DNA of 64,000 nucleotides from contig CBFGTS010000009.1 of NCBI GenBank assembly GCA_965652295.1, positions 64,001 through 128,000 of the forward strand, written 5' to 3'. Below, piece by piece: positions 20,804-29,983 of this stretch (positions are counted from its first letter, which is position 1; every line of letters starts with the position of its first letter). This stretch comes from an uncultured Haloferula sp. (GTDB taxonomy: Bacteria; Verrucomicrobiota; Verrucomicrobiia; Verrucomicrobiales; Akkermansiaceae). Below the pieces are notes generated by a model. That model saw only the letters and a list, made by a program, of their open reading frames with translations, made no database searches and was not told where the DNA came from. The translations under genes were made by a program, and so were the position numbers.

Positions 20804-22294
20804 CTAGAACCGCCGCCAGGCGGCGGGGACGAAGAGGACGAGGATGGCGAAAAGCTCGAGGCGTCCGAGGATCATCAGACCGGCGAGGAAGAGCTGGGTG
20901 ACGTCGCGCATTTCCCCGAAATGCTCGGTGGGGCCGAGATCACCGTAGCCCGGACCGATGTTCGACATGGTGGCGAGAACGGCACCGAGGCAGGTCTCAA
21001 GATCGACCCCTTGGCCGGCTTCCAACATGCCGACGACCACCGCGGAGCCGGCGACAATGAACAGGTAGAGCGCCACAAACGAAGTCGTGCGGGCGCGGCC
21101 GGCGTCATCGACGGGGTTGCCGTTGACGACGAGACGGAAGATCTGGTTCGGGCGAAAGGCGCGGATGATCTCGTGGGCGGAGGATTTCAGGAATACGATG
21201 AGCCGCCCCACCTTCAGGCCGCCGGCAGTGGAGCCGGAGCAGCCGCCGATGAGCATCAGGATGGCGAGCAGCGCCTTGCACCAGGCCGGCCACAGTTCGT
21301 AGTCGGCCGTGCCGAAACCGGTGGTCGAGGCGATGGAAATCACGATGAACCACGAATCGCGCAATGCCTCCCAGAAATTCGTGGAATAGCGGGGATCGAC
21401 CCGCAAACCGATGGCGATCGCGATCGCGATGCCCAGGCAAATGCCCACGAACCAGCGGGCGTCATCCTCATCGCGCAAGCGCCGCCATTTCTTGTGGATG
21501 ACCACGACGTAAATCAGGAAATTCAAGCTGCACAGGAGCATGAACAGGCTGAGCCACAGCTCGATGAGCCAGCCGTTCCCCCACTCCGAATAGTGGGCGA
21601 TGCTCGCGGCGTGCGGGCTGAATCCACCGGTCGAAACCGCGGTGAATGCATGCGACAGCGCGTTGTACCAGGTGAGCCCCATGGCCTTCAGTCCGAGAAT
21701 GCAGGCAACGGTGAGTCCGACGTAGATCCGCAGCAGGTTCAGAGAGGTATCCTGGATCCGGGCGGTGGTAGCTTCGCCGCTCTGGAACGAGGACTCGTTG
21801 CGGAAAAGCGATTTCGCGCCGAGGCCGAGGTAGGAAAGCACCGCAACGAACAGCACCAGGATCCCGATGCCGCCGAGCCACTGGGTGACGGACCGCCAGA
21901 GCAGCAGCCCCCGCGGCCACGACTCGATGTCCGCCATGGCCGTGGAGCCGGTGGTGGTGAAACCCGAGGCGGATTCGAAGACCGCCGCGCTGAAGCCCAT
22001 GTACGGCGGGCAAAGGATGAAGGGCAGCGCCCCGAAGATGGCGGAGAGAATCCAGGCGATCCCGACGATCCCGACGCCCTCGCGACGGGGGATGCGGTCG
22101 ATTTTCCCCAGCCCGGACACGATCAGGATCAAGGCCGCCAAGGCGGTGGCGCCGGCCGAGGTGAACAGCGCGGTCATCGCCTCGTGGTCCCCCGCGATGA
22201 CATCGAGCAGCGCGAATACGCCGCAACCGGCCATGGCAAGGGCGAGCAGCAACAGCAGGTAGCCGAGGACCTTGGCGAGGATGCGGTAATTCAT
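20804..22294 (-). CDS. trkH: Trk potassium uptake membrane subunit
   Basis: FESASGFTTTG, QWLGGIG, GGCSGSTAGGLK and GRLEL. Confidence 0.95.
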   Translation of the reverse strand: MNYRILAKVLGYLLLLLALAMAGCGVFALLDVIAGDHEAMTALFTSAGATALAALILIVSGLGKIDRIPRREGVGIVGIAWILSAIFGALPFILCPPYMGFSAAVFESASGFTTTGSTAMADIESWPRGLLLWRSVTQWLGGIGILVLFVAVLSYLGLGAKSLFRNESSFQSGEATTARIQDTSLNLLRIYVGLTVACILGLKAMGLTWYNALSHAFTAVSTGGFSPHAASIAHYSEWGNGWLIELWLSLFMLLCSLNFLIYVVVIHKKWRRLRDEDDARWFVGICLGIAIAIAIGLRVDPRYSTNFWEALRDSWFIVISIASTTGFGTADYELWPAWCKALLAILMLIGGCSGSTAGGLKVGRLIVFLKSSAHEIIRAFRPNQIFRLVVNGNPVDDAGRARTTSFVALYLFIVAGSAVVVGMLEAGQGVDLETCLGAVLATMSNIGPGYGDLGPTEHFGEMRDVTQLFLAGLMILGRLELFAILVLFVPAAWRRF

Positions 22295-22309
22295 GTCGAG
22301 GAGGAGGCC

Positions 22310-23656
22310 TCAGGACAGCAGCTTGACCAAAGCCTTGCGAGCCTTCGGGGCGACGACGACGTAAACGTGATCGTCGGCCTGAAGATAGTCATCGGGGCCC
22401 GGCACCTCGGCATGCGTTCCCCGCAGGTGGCCGACGATGACCACGCCCTCCGGCCAATCGACTTCCTTGACCATGTGTCCGGCCGCGATCGAACCCTTGC
22501 GAACCCGCATTTCAAGCACCTCCGCTCCGCCCAGCTTCTTGACGAGGTGAAAGCGCTCGGAGGTGATGAAGCGCTCGACCTCGCGGCGGGTCGCATCGCG
22601 CGGGCTGACGGCGGCGGCGATGCCGAAATGTTTTCCCGACGAGCTGATGGCAGCGGCGTAGTCGGCGCGGTGAATCAGCGTCAGACAGGTGCGGGCGCCG
22701 AGAGTGTGCGCCTGGAGGCAGGTCATCACGTTATCCTCATCGCTGTCGCTGGTGGCGACGAAGAAATCCACCCCGTCGATCTGCTCCTCCTGGAGTTCGG
22801 CGACCACGGTGGCGTCGGCATTGATCACCGTCGTGTTGGAAAGCCGGTCGACGAGCTTTTTGCACAGTGCCTCGTCCTGTTCGAAGATACGCACGCGGCA
22901 GTCCCAGCTCTCGAGCATCTGCGCGAGCGTGAAACCGTATTCGCCGCCGCCGAAAATCACGACCCGCAGCGATTCGCCGTCGCCCCGTTGATGGCGCAGC
23001 CGCTCGATCATTCCCCGCAGCTTCCGCGGCTCGCCGAAAATCGTCACGACGTCCTCCGCTTCCAGCACCGTTTCCGCCGAGGGCACGAAATGGTCCGCCC
23101 CTCGTGAAATCATCGCCACCCGGGTGTGGTCCGGCATTTTCACGTCACGCAACGTCTTGCCGGCGAAGTCCGACTTCGCGCTCACAAGCACCTGCTGGAG
23201 TTCGATCCGGCCGCGGGCGATTTCCTCAACGGTGAGTGAGTCCGGGTTGCGGATGAATTTGGCGAGTTCGATCGCGGCCAGCCTTTCCGAGGAGAACAGG
23301 TGGTCGACGCCAAAGGTGCCTTTGAAGTCGAACAACCACTCCTCGCGCTGGAGGCTGGGATGGACGCGGCAAACGACCTGCTCCACGTCCATCTTCTTGG
23401 CAATCGACGAGGCGACGAGGTTCGCCGTGTTCGAACTGGTCAGCGCGAGGAACAGTTCACAGTCCCCGACGTTGGCCTCGACGAGGGCGTTCACACTCGT
23501 GCCATCCGAGCAGATGACCTTGGCGTCGATCGTTTGCTCAAGGTCCGCCGCCAGGTCCGGATCGTTCTCGATCACGGAAATGCTGTGGGCTTCCTTGGAC
23601 AAGGACGTCGCGAGGTGACGACCGATTTCTCCGGCACCGACGATGATGATATTCAT
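22310..23656 (-). CDS. trkA: Trk potassium uptake NAD-binding subunit
   Basis: Two RCK_N/RCK_C pairs (IIVGAGEIG, VIFGGGEYG), adjacent to trkH. Confidence 0.93.
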   Translation of the reverse strand: MNIIIVGAGEIGRHLATSLSKEAHSISVIENDPDLAADLEQTIDAKVICSDGTSVNALVEANVGDCELFLALTSSNTANLVASSIAKKMDVEQVVCRVHPSLQREEWLFDFKGTFGVDHLFSSERLAAIELAKFIRNPDSLTVEEIARGRIELQQVLVSAKSDFAGKTLRDVKMPDHTRVAMISRGADHFVPSAETVLEAEDVVTIFGEPRKLRGMIERLRHQRGDGESLRVVIFGGGEYGFTLAQMLESWDCRVRIFEQDEALCKKLVDRLSNTTVINADATVVAELQEEQIDGVDFFVATSDSDEDNVMTCLQAHTLGARTCLTLIHRADYAAAISSSGKHFGIAAAVSPRDATRREVERFITSERFHLVKKLGGAEVLEMRVRKGSIAAGHMVKEVDWPEGVVIVGHLRGTHAEVPGPDDYLQADDHVYVVVAPKARKALVKLLS

Positions 23657-23746
23657 CCCAGAATCGCTCGGGGCGATCCCGCCCCGGCGCGAGCAGCAAA
23701 CCGGAAGAGAGCCGACCGAACCAGCGGAAAATCCGCCTTCACGCCG

Positions 23747-24370
23747 TCACCAATCGACGCTCTGCCCGCGGGTATCGATGTGCGTGAAGGCCGGATAACG
23801 ACCGACGCCCCCTGCGAAAAGTCCCTGGCCGCGAAGCCGCCGGGCGGTGGAGGCGACAACCGAAGCCGGTGTATCGAACGAAACATCGGCCGCGAAATTC
23901 GCCTGATGCCACGAGCCGCTGCTCGCTCCGGCGCAGCGCGCGTTGTAGGCACCGCTGCGGTAAACGGAGATGATCTCCTTCACCGGCTGGCCCAGCTCCG
24001 CTCCCACTCGGTCGATGACCCGGAGCGTCGGAACGATGTTCTTCCACATCGAGCGCGGCGGCAGAGAGTTCCAGACCGAACCGCGGCGCTTGGCATGGGC
24101 CTCGATCACCTGCCGCACCGAAAGATGGCGGAATCCAGCCTTCGAAAGGAACTGAGAGTAGGCCTGGAGGTCCGATCCTTGGCGACGGATCCATTCGTTC
24201 GAAAGCCCCGAAAGATCGACCCTTTCCTCCGCCCGGTCGTGACGCTTGAAGAGCGACCATGCCGAGGCCGTGGAGCCCCCGCCGAGGGTCGCGGCCGTCG
24301 CGACGGCCATGGTGGACAGCGCCCGGCGGCGGGTGAACGGATGAGCGGTGGGTCGGTCGGTCGAAATCAT
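23747..24370 (-). CDS. Tat-exported peptidase M15 (D-Ala-D-Ala carboxypeptidase/YcbK-like)
   Basis: FTRRRAL twin-arginine signal, SVYRSGAYN, SWH..NFAAD and GVGRYPAFTHIDTRG. Confidence 0.82.
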   Translation of the reverse strand: MISTDRPTAHPFTRRRALSTMAVATAATLGGGSTASAWSLFKRHDRAEERVDLSGLSNEWIRRQGSDLQAYSQFLSKAGFRHLSVRQVIEAHAKRRGSVWNSLPPRSMWKNIVPTLRVIDRVGAELGQPVKEIISVYRSGAYNARCAGASSGSWHQANFAADVSFDTPASVVASTARRLRGQGLFAGGVGRYPAFTHIDTRGQSVDW

Positions 24371-24619
24371 GCGCAGGTCGGGAAGGTCCCGGAAAAGCAG
24401 GCCGCATGCCTGCCCGTCGTGGATACCGCGGAATGCGGGTCCCGGGGAAATGTCACGCGCAGGGAAGCGGACAAGCCGCACCCCGGACAAGACAAAAGTT
24501 CCTAACATGATCGATACCAATGGCTTGGCCCTGCTCTGCGTGGGCGGACACGATTCGCGGATCCGAGCTATCGTTTCTCGACACGCCCCGGCGGCCTCCT
24601 CAGGATTCCGCCACGATCT

Positions 24620-25774
24620 ATGCGGATATCGGACCGGTACATCGGGCGCCACATTCTTACCGGCACCCTTTTCGCCATTGTTCTGCTGAGCCTCCTTCTG
24701 GTGCTCGGGAATGTTTTCAAGGAGATCCGCCCACTGCTGGTGGAGTTCGGCGCGCCGCCCTGGGTGCTGGTGGATTTCACCCTCAGCGTCCTGCCGGTTT
24801 CGCTGATTTTCACCATTCCCTGGGGGTTTCTTTCCGCGGTGCTGCTCGTCTTCGGGCGCCTGTCCTCGGACAACGAGCTGAACGCCTTCCGGGCGGCCGG
24901 GGTCAGTCTGACGCGGCTCGCCGCGCCGGTCATCACCCTCGGAATCGCCCTTTCGCTGATCTGCCTGTGGCTGAACCTCCAGGTCGCTCCGAAAGCAACC
25001 AAAGGCGTCGAGGACATCGTCCGCAACACCTTGATCAAGGACCCGCGGACGCTGCTCCGCGCCGGAGTGGACCAGAGCCGCTTTCAGGATGTGCGGATCT
25101 ATTCCGAGCAGGATGACGGCGAGGTCTTCAAGAATTTCCACATCTTCCGCATGGGCACCGCGGAGCAGGGTCCTGGCGGTTCCTACATCCACGCCGACAG
25201 CGCCACGACGGTGAACGATGAGGCAAAGCAGGAGATCCGCCTCAAGTTCACCAACGCCTACTCGGACGGCTCCTACACGCAGAGAACCAATGGCGAGGGG
25301 GAGGAAAAGGATTTCACCCTGATGTCCGGCGAGCTGCAGTGGATGGTGATCGACTACAGCCCCGATGCACGCAGCGCCAAAGTCAAGCCGCGCAGCCTCA
25401 CCAATCCCGAGCTCGATGCCATCGCAGACCAGTTCAAGCCACTCCCTGAGTCCGCCAATCCGACCGCTCTTGAACTGAAAGTCCGGGACTCCCGCCAAGC
25501 GATCCGCTCCCGCTATCTCGCGGAAAAAACCCGCCGCTACACCTCGTCCTTCGCCTGCCTCGCCTTCGCGCTGATCGGCGTACCCCTGGGCATCAAGGCG
25601 CGGCGGCGTGATACCTCCTCGGGTCTGATCCTCAGCCTCGGCATCGGCGCGCTGTATTTTCTGGCCGGCTCCATGATCGAACCGGCCGAAGGCTCCGGCT
25701 ATCTTTTGTGGATCCCCAACCTCGCCTGTATCGTCCTTGGAGTGTTCCTGTTCCGGCGAGCCCGCTTCCGCTGA
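24620..25774 (+). CDS. LptF/LptG family LPS export permease
   Basis: DRYIGR N-terminus, FGRLSSDNELNAFRAAGVS and LIGVPLG. Confidence 0.9.
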   Translation: MRISDRYIGRHILTGTLFAIVLLSLLLVLGNVFKEIRPLLVEFGAPPWVLVDFTLSVLPVSLIFTIPWGFLSAVLLVFGRLSSDNELNAFRAAGVSLTRLAAPVITLGIALSLICLWLNLQVAPKATKGVEDIVRNTLIKDPRTLLRAGVDQSRFQDVRIYSEQDDGEVFKNFHIFRMGTAEQGPGGSYIHADSATTVNDEAKQEIRLKFTNAYSDGSYTQRTNGEGEEKDFTLMSGELQWMVIDYSPDARSAKVKPRSLTNPELDAIADQFKPLPESANPTALELKVRDSRQAIRSRYLAEKTRRYTSSFACLAFALIGVPLGIKARRRDTSSGLILSLGIGALYFLAGSMIEPAEGSGYLLWIPNLACIVLGVFLFRRARFR

Positions 25775-25780
25775 GCTTCC

Positions 25781-27649
25781 ATGTCGTCGTCCAAAGCCAT
25801 CGTCCGGCTCCGTCGCCGGGTCCGCGATTTCTTCCGGGAAGGAAACGTGAACTTCGCGGCGGTGGTCGGCCCGATCCGCCGCTACAACCTCAGGAAATTC
25901 CGCGCCGACATCGGAGCCGCGCCGAACGTCGCGCTGCTCGCGGTGCCTCAGGGCATGGCCTTCGCGGCGATCGCCGAACTGCCGATCTCCTATGGCATCG
26001 TCTGCTCCGCGATCGCTTCGATCGTCGCCCCCCTCTTCGCAGGCTCACGCCATACCATCCTCGGGCCGACGAACGCCACGGCGTTCATGCTGTTCAGCTT
26101 CTTCGCCGCGGAGAAAGCCCTCGGGGCCCGGGAAGAACAGCTCGTCCCGCTGCTCGTGATGCTGATCGGCATTTTCTGCATGGTCGGGGCCGTCCTGAAG
26201 ATCGCCGACCTGTTGCAATACATTTCCCGCTCGGTGCTGGTGGGCTACATGACGGGCGCGGCCGTCCTGATCATCGCCAACCAGCTCAAGCATCTCCTCG
26301 GCATCGAGAACCCGGTGGAAGCCCTGGCACCCGGAAACTTCGCGGCGCTTTGCATCGCCTTGGTCAAATCCCTGATCCACGCCGCTTGGCAACCTCTCAC
26401 GATCGGGCTCGGCACGGCCGGCATCTACTACGGCCTCCGTCGATGGAAACCCCGCTGGCCCTGCTTTTCCCTCGCCCTGATCTTCGGCTCGGCGCTTTTC
26501 GGAGTGCTGATTCACCACGACACGCCTTTTGCCAACCAACCGACGTTCCGGAATTTCCTGCTCTCCGATCTGGTGCCGCATATGCCGGATTTCACCGACG
26601 CGCAGATCTTTGATGACATCAATCGCGTCGTTGGCGTCGCCTTCGCCGTGGCCTTCCTCGCCTGTCTCGAAAACACCATGATGGCCAAGACCATCGCCTC
26701 CCGCTCCGGAGACCGCGTCGAGGTCAATCAGGACATGTTCGCCGTCGGCACCGCCAACCTCGCCTGCGCCTTCACCGGCGGGATGCCCGCCTCCGGCTCA
26801 CTCACCCGCTCGGTGCTCAACTACGAATCCGGTGCTATGACCCGTTTCGCCTCGATCTTCGCGGGGCTCATCACACTGGGGAGCGCGATCCTGATCGCCC
26901 TTTCGCCCGAAATCGGGTTTCCCATCATCGACTACGTCCCGAAGGCCTCGCTTGCGGCGCTGGTGGTGGTCATCGCCATCGGCCTCATCAACCCGAAGAA
27001 CATCCGCGTCTGCCTGCGCTCGACCCACGACGACGCGGTGGTGATCGTGACCACTTTCGCCGCCACTCTGCTGGCCCCGCTCCACGTGGCGATCTTCGTC
27101 GGCGTCGGCGTCTCGATCTCCCTCTTCCTCCGACGCGCGAGCCGCCCCCATCTGGTCGAATACGAATTCAGCGACCAGGGCGAGCTGCGCGAAATGGGCG
27201 AAAAACGGAAGCGCCCGAACCCCGCGATTTCCATCGTCCACGTCGAGGGCGACCTGTTTTTCGGTGCCGCCGAACTGTTCCGCAATCAGGTCCAACGCAC
27301 GGCCTCCGATCCCTCGCTGCGGATCCTGATCCTGCGTCTGAAAAACGCCCGCCATCTTGACGCCACCTCGGTCATGGCGCTCGCGGAGCTGATCAAGTTC
27401 ATGCGTGCCGACGACCGCCACGTGCTGATTTCCGGCGCGCCGCGCGAGGTTTACAAGGTGCTGAAGAACTCCGGCACGCTCGATCTCATTCAAGAGGGAA
27501 CCGATCGCGAGGCGGGCGAAAGCAACATCTTCCTCTACCGTCCGAGCAATCCGAACCTCTCGACCCGCGATGCGCTGAAACGCGCCCAGCAGCTCCTCGG
27601 AGGCGAGAAGGCGGACATCCGGATTTTCTACGATCCCAGCAAAGCCTGA
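25781..27649 (+). CDS. SulP family anion transporter with a STAS domain
   Basis: VPQGMAFAAIA, GPTNA, SGSLTRS and GDLFFGAA...LDAT. Confidence 0.92.
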   Translation: MSSSKAIVRLRRRVRDFFREGNVNFAAVVGPIRRYNLRKFRADIGAAPNVALLAVPQGMAFAAIAELPISYGIVCSAIASIVAPLFAGSRHTILGPTNATAFMLFSFFAAEKALGAREEQLVPLLVMLIGIFCMVGAVLKIADLLQYISRSVLVGYMTGAAVLIIANQLKHLLGIENPVEALAPGNFAALCIALVKSLIHAAWQPLTIGLGTAGIYYGLRRWKPRWPCFSLALIFGSALFGVLIHHDTPFANQPTFRNFLLSDLVPHMPDFTDAQIFDDINRVVGVAFAVAFLACLENTMMAKTIASRSGDRVEVNQDMFAVGTANLACAFTGGMPASGSLTRSVLNYESGAMTRFASIFAGLITLGSAILIALSPEIGFPIIDYVPKASLAALVVVIAIGLINPKNIRVCLRSTHDDAVVIVTTFAATLLAPLHVAIFVGVGVSISLFLRRASRPHLVEYEFSDQGELREMGEKRKRPNPAISIVHVEGDLFFGAAELFRNQVQRTASDPSLRILILRLKNARHLDATSVMALAELIKFMRADDRHVLISGAPREVYKVLKNSGTLDLIQEGTDREAGESNIFLYRPSNPNLSTRDALKRAQQLLGGEKADIRIFYDPSKA

Positions 27650-27688
27650 ATCCGGCGCACCCGGAAGGAACAAGGAGCCACCGCCCTC

Positions 27689-28156
27689 TCAAGCACCGGC
27701 ACGCCGCTCAACTTCCGGCCACAACTCCGTGACCAGCTCCTCCTGAACGGCTTCCATCGCGGCACGGTCCTCGTCGGATTCATCCTCGTGCCCACCCAGA
27801 TGCAGCAGGCCGTGGACGAGGTAGCGGCACAGCTCCCGCAGCTCCGGCTCACCATATTCCGCAGCCTGCCGTTTCGCGACTTCCACTCCGATGACGATCT
27901 CCCCGTGCTCGAAGGTGATCACGTCCGTCGCGCCTTCGATGCCCATGAAATCCCGGTGGACGCGGTCGCTTTCCTCGTCGTTCACCAAGGCCACTTCCAC
28001 CGTCTCCAGCTCGGCCAACGGCGGATGCCCGCCGCGAAAATGCCGTTTCTCGATGCATCCGGCCGCCTTCACACCGGCTTCCTCAAGCGCGACCAACCAA
28101 GCAGGCGGCACTGGCACCGTGCTCTGGTGATCGCAGACCAGTACTTCGCGTTTCAT
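27689..28156 (-). CDS. ybeY: rRNA maturation endoribonuclease YbeY
   Basis: ATDVITF and VHGLLHLGGHED (H3xH5xH). Confidence 0.9.
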   Translation of the reverse strand: MKREVLVCDHQSTVPVPPAWLVALEEAGVKAAGCIEKRHFRGGHPPLAELETVEVALVNDEESDRVHRDFMGIEGATDVITFEHGEIVIGVEVAKRQAAEYGEPELRELCRYLVHGLLHLGGHEDESDEDRAAMEAVQEELVTELWPEVERRAGA

Positions 28157-29835
28157 GATCGTGGAATCGCCGGGGGAGGACTGCTGCTCTTCTCCCCTGC
28201 CGGCTTCTCAAGAGGTTTCGTCGCCGAAGGCCTGGCGACCTTGGATTCGAGGTCGGACTTCCGCTCGTCCCTGGTCTCTTTGGGATAGTCGATGCGGCTG
28301 TGCATCATGCTCCTCAGCGTCTTGGAAAACACCTCTTTCACCACCGTCAGGTCGCGGATCGTGAGTTCGCACTGGTCGAGCTGGCCATCACAAACGCGGG
28401 CCTCCACCAGGTCCTCCACCAGTGCCCGGATCTTCCCCGGTGTGGGCTTTTTCAACGAACGCGACGCGCTTTCCACCGCGTCGGCCAGACTGATGATTCC
28501 ACTCTCGCGCGATTTCGGCCGTGGCCCGGGATAGCGGAAATTCTTCTGATCCACCTTCGGAAGGTCCTCGGGGTTCTCCAGCTTCTTTTCGATCTTCGCC
28601 ATTTCCTCGCGCTTCAGTTCCTGTGCGCGGCGGTAGAAATACGTCACCAACGAGTCCCCATGGTGCTCACGGATGATGTCGATGACCCGCGGGTTCAGCC
28701 GGTGCTTGAGGGCCAGGTCCACGCCGTCCTTCACGTGCGCGATGATGATCAGGGAACTCATCGTCGGCGTCAGCGCGTCGTGCGGGTTCTCCTGGCCGTC
28801 CTGCTGGTTCTCGATGAAATACTCCGGCTTGTTGAGTTTCCCGATGTCGTGGAAATAGGCGCACACCCGGCACATCGCGGCGTTCGCCCCCACGGCTTCG
28901 GCCGCCGCCTCAGCCAGCGATGCGACGATCAGGCTGTGATGGAAAGTCCCGGGTGCTTCGAGCTGCATGCGGCGCAGCAGTTTGTGATTCAGATCGCCCT
29001 GCTCCAGCCAGCTGATGTCGGTGGTGAGCCGGAACATGCCTTCCAGCACCGGAAGAAATCCGGAAATCAACAGCGCCGTGCCCAGCGCGACGCCCAGGGC
29101 GCTGGCCGCGGAAAGCCCGAAAGTCTGCCAGTCCGCCGCCGTGGCGCCCGTCCCCAGCAGCCTGAGATCGATCACCCCGAAGACCAATGCCAGCAGGAAC
29201 GCCGTGACGCCCGAATAGACCCCCGCCCGCAGAAGTTGGACGCGCCGCCGGACCTTGCGCAGCGTCAACGCCGCCACCAATCCGCTCATCAAGCTGACGC
29301 ACAGGAAGAGAGCTTTGTTCTCGTCACCGAAAAGCAGCGACCCGAACAGCGAGACATACACCGCGGAAAATACCCCCGCCGGGCCCCCGAGCAGCACCGA
29401 GTTGACCATCGGTGCCACCAGGAAGGGAGTCATCAGGAAGACAATCGGATACGGCAGCACGTTGGTCGCTCCGATCCAGACGACAAACCGCATCAGCGCG
29501 ACCTGCCCGAGAATGCTCAACGCGATCAGCAGCACCCGGCTGTTGCGTTCGGTCACGCGACCGTGGTTCAGCTCGACCACCGTCATCGCGCTGATCGCCA
29601 GGAAAAAGGCGTACAACGCACTCTCAAACGGGCGGTCGCTGGTGCCTCCCGGGGTGACCTGCATCACCAACAATGCGGCCCCGATACAGAAAGCGAAGTA
29701 GGTCCCCATCCGGACCCACGGCGAGCGGTCGAGCGAAGCGCTGACGGCAGCGTCATTCTGCGTCCGTCGTTTTTTTCCCGACGACATGCCCTTCTGAGCC
29801 AGCCGCCAGCGTTTGAAAGCATCGAAAAATCCCAC
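28153..29835 (-). CDS. Membrane (7TM) HD-domain phosphohydrolase, PgpH-like
   Basis: APGTFHHS, YFHDIGK, YFIENQ, EHHG and LADAVESA, in conserved adjacency to ybeY. Confidence 0.88.
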   Translation of the reverse strand: MGFFDAFKRWRLAQKGMSSGKKRRTQNDAAVSASLDRSPWVRMGTYFAFCIGAALLVMQVTPGGTSDRPFESALYAFFLAISAMTVVELNHGRVTERNSRVLLIALSILGQVALMRFVVWIGATNVLPYPIVFLMTPFLVAPMVNSVLLGGPAGVFSAVYVSLFGSLLFGDENKALFLCVSLMSGLVAALTLRKVRRRVQLLRAGVYSGVTAFLLALVFGVIDLRLLGTGATAADWQTFGLSAASALGVALGTALLISGFLPVLEGMFRLTTDISWLEQGDLNHKLLRRMQLEAPGTFHHSLIVASLAEAAAEAVGANAAMCRVCAYFHDIGKLNKPEYFIENQQDGQENPHDALTPTMSSLIIIAHVKDGVDLALKHRLNPRVIDIIREHHGDSLVTYFYRRAQELKREEMAKIEKKLENPEDLPKVDQKNFRYPGPRPKSRESGIISLADAVESASRSLKKPTPGKIRALVEDLVEARVCDGQLDQCELTIRDLTVVKEVFSKTLRSMMHSRIDYPKETRDERKSDLESKVARPSATKPLEKPAGEKSSSPPPAIPRS

Positions 29836-29983
29836 GGATGATTCTCTTCAGGTTACGCGGCGCCCGGAGACACCGGAGGGGCGTGATCGCCACGCCCCCC
29901 AACGGCGGACGATGTATCCCAGACCCTCGGCCAATGCAATCGGCAAAACCCGCAGGGCGTGCCATCCTGTCGCACCTCGGAAA

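Noticed and set aside
20792..23107. Long opposite-strand ORFs (also 682-2025, 29813-32248, 37893-39848, 43782-45551, 45864-47825)
   Set aside because: They are codon-aligned shadows of well-supported genes in high-GC DNA and carry no recognisable motifs.
24371..25498. 583-aa ORF suggesting a long peptidase M15 fusion
   Set aside because: The upstream part is antisense to the LptF/G gene. The Tat signal marks the real start at 24370.
27650..27688. ccggaaggaaca, resembling the SRP RNA loop
   Set aside because: Only about 40 bp lie between convergent stops, with no flanking SRP stem or GCAGC.
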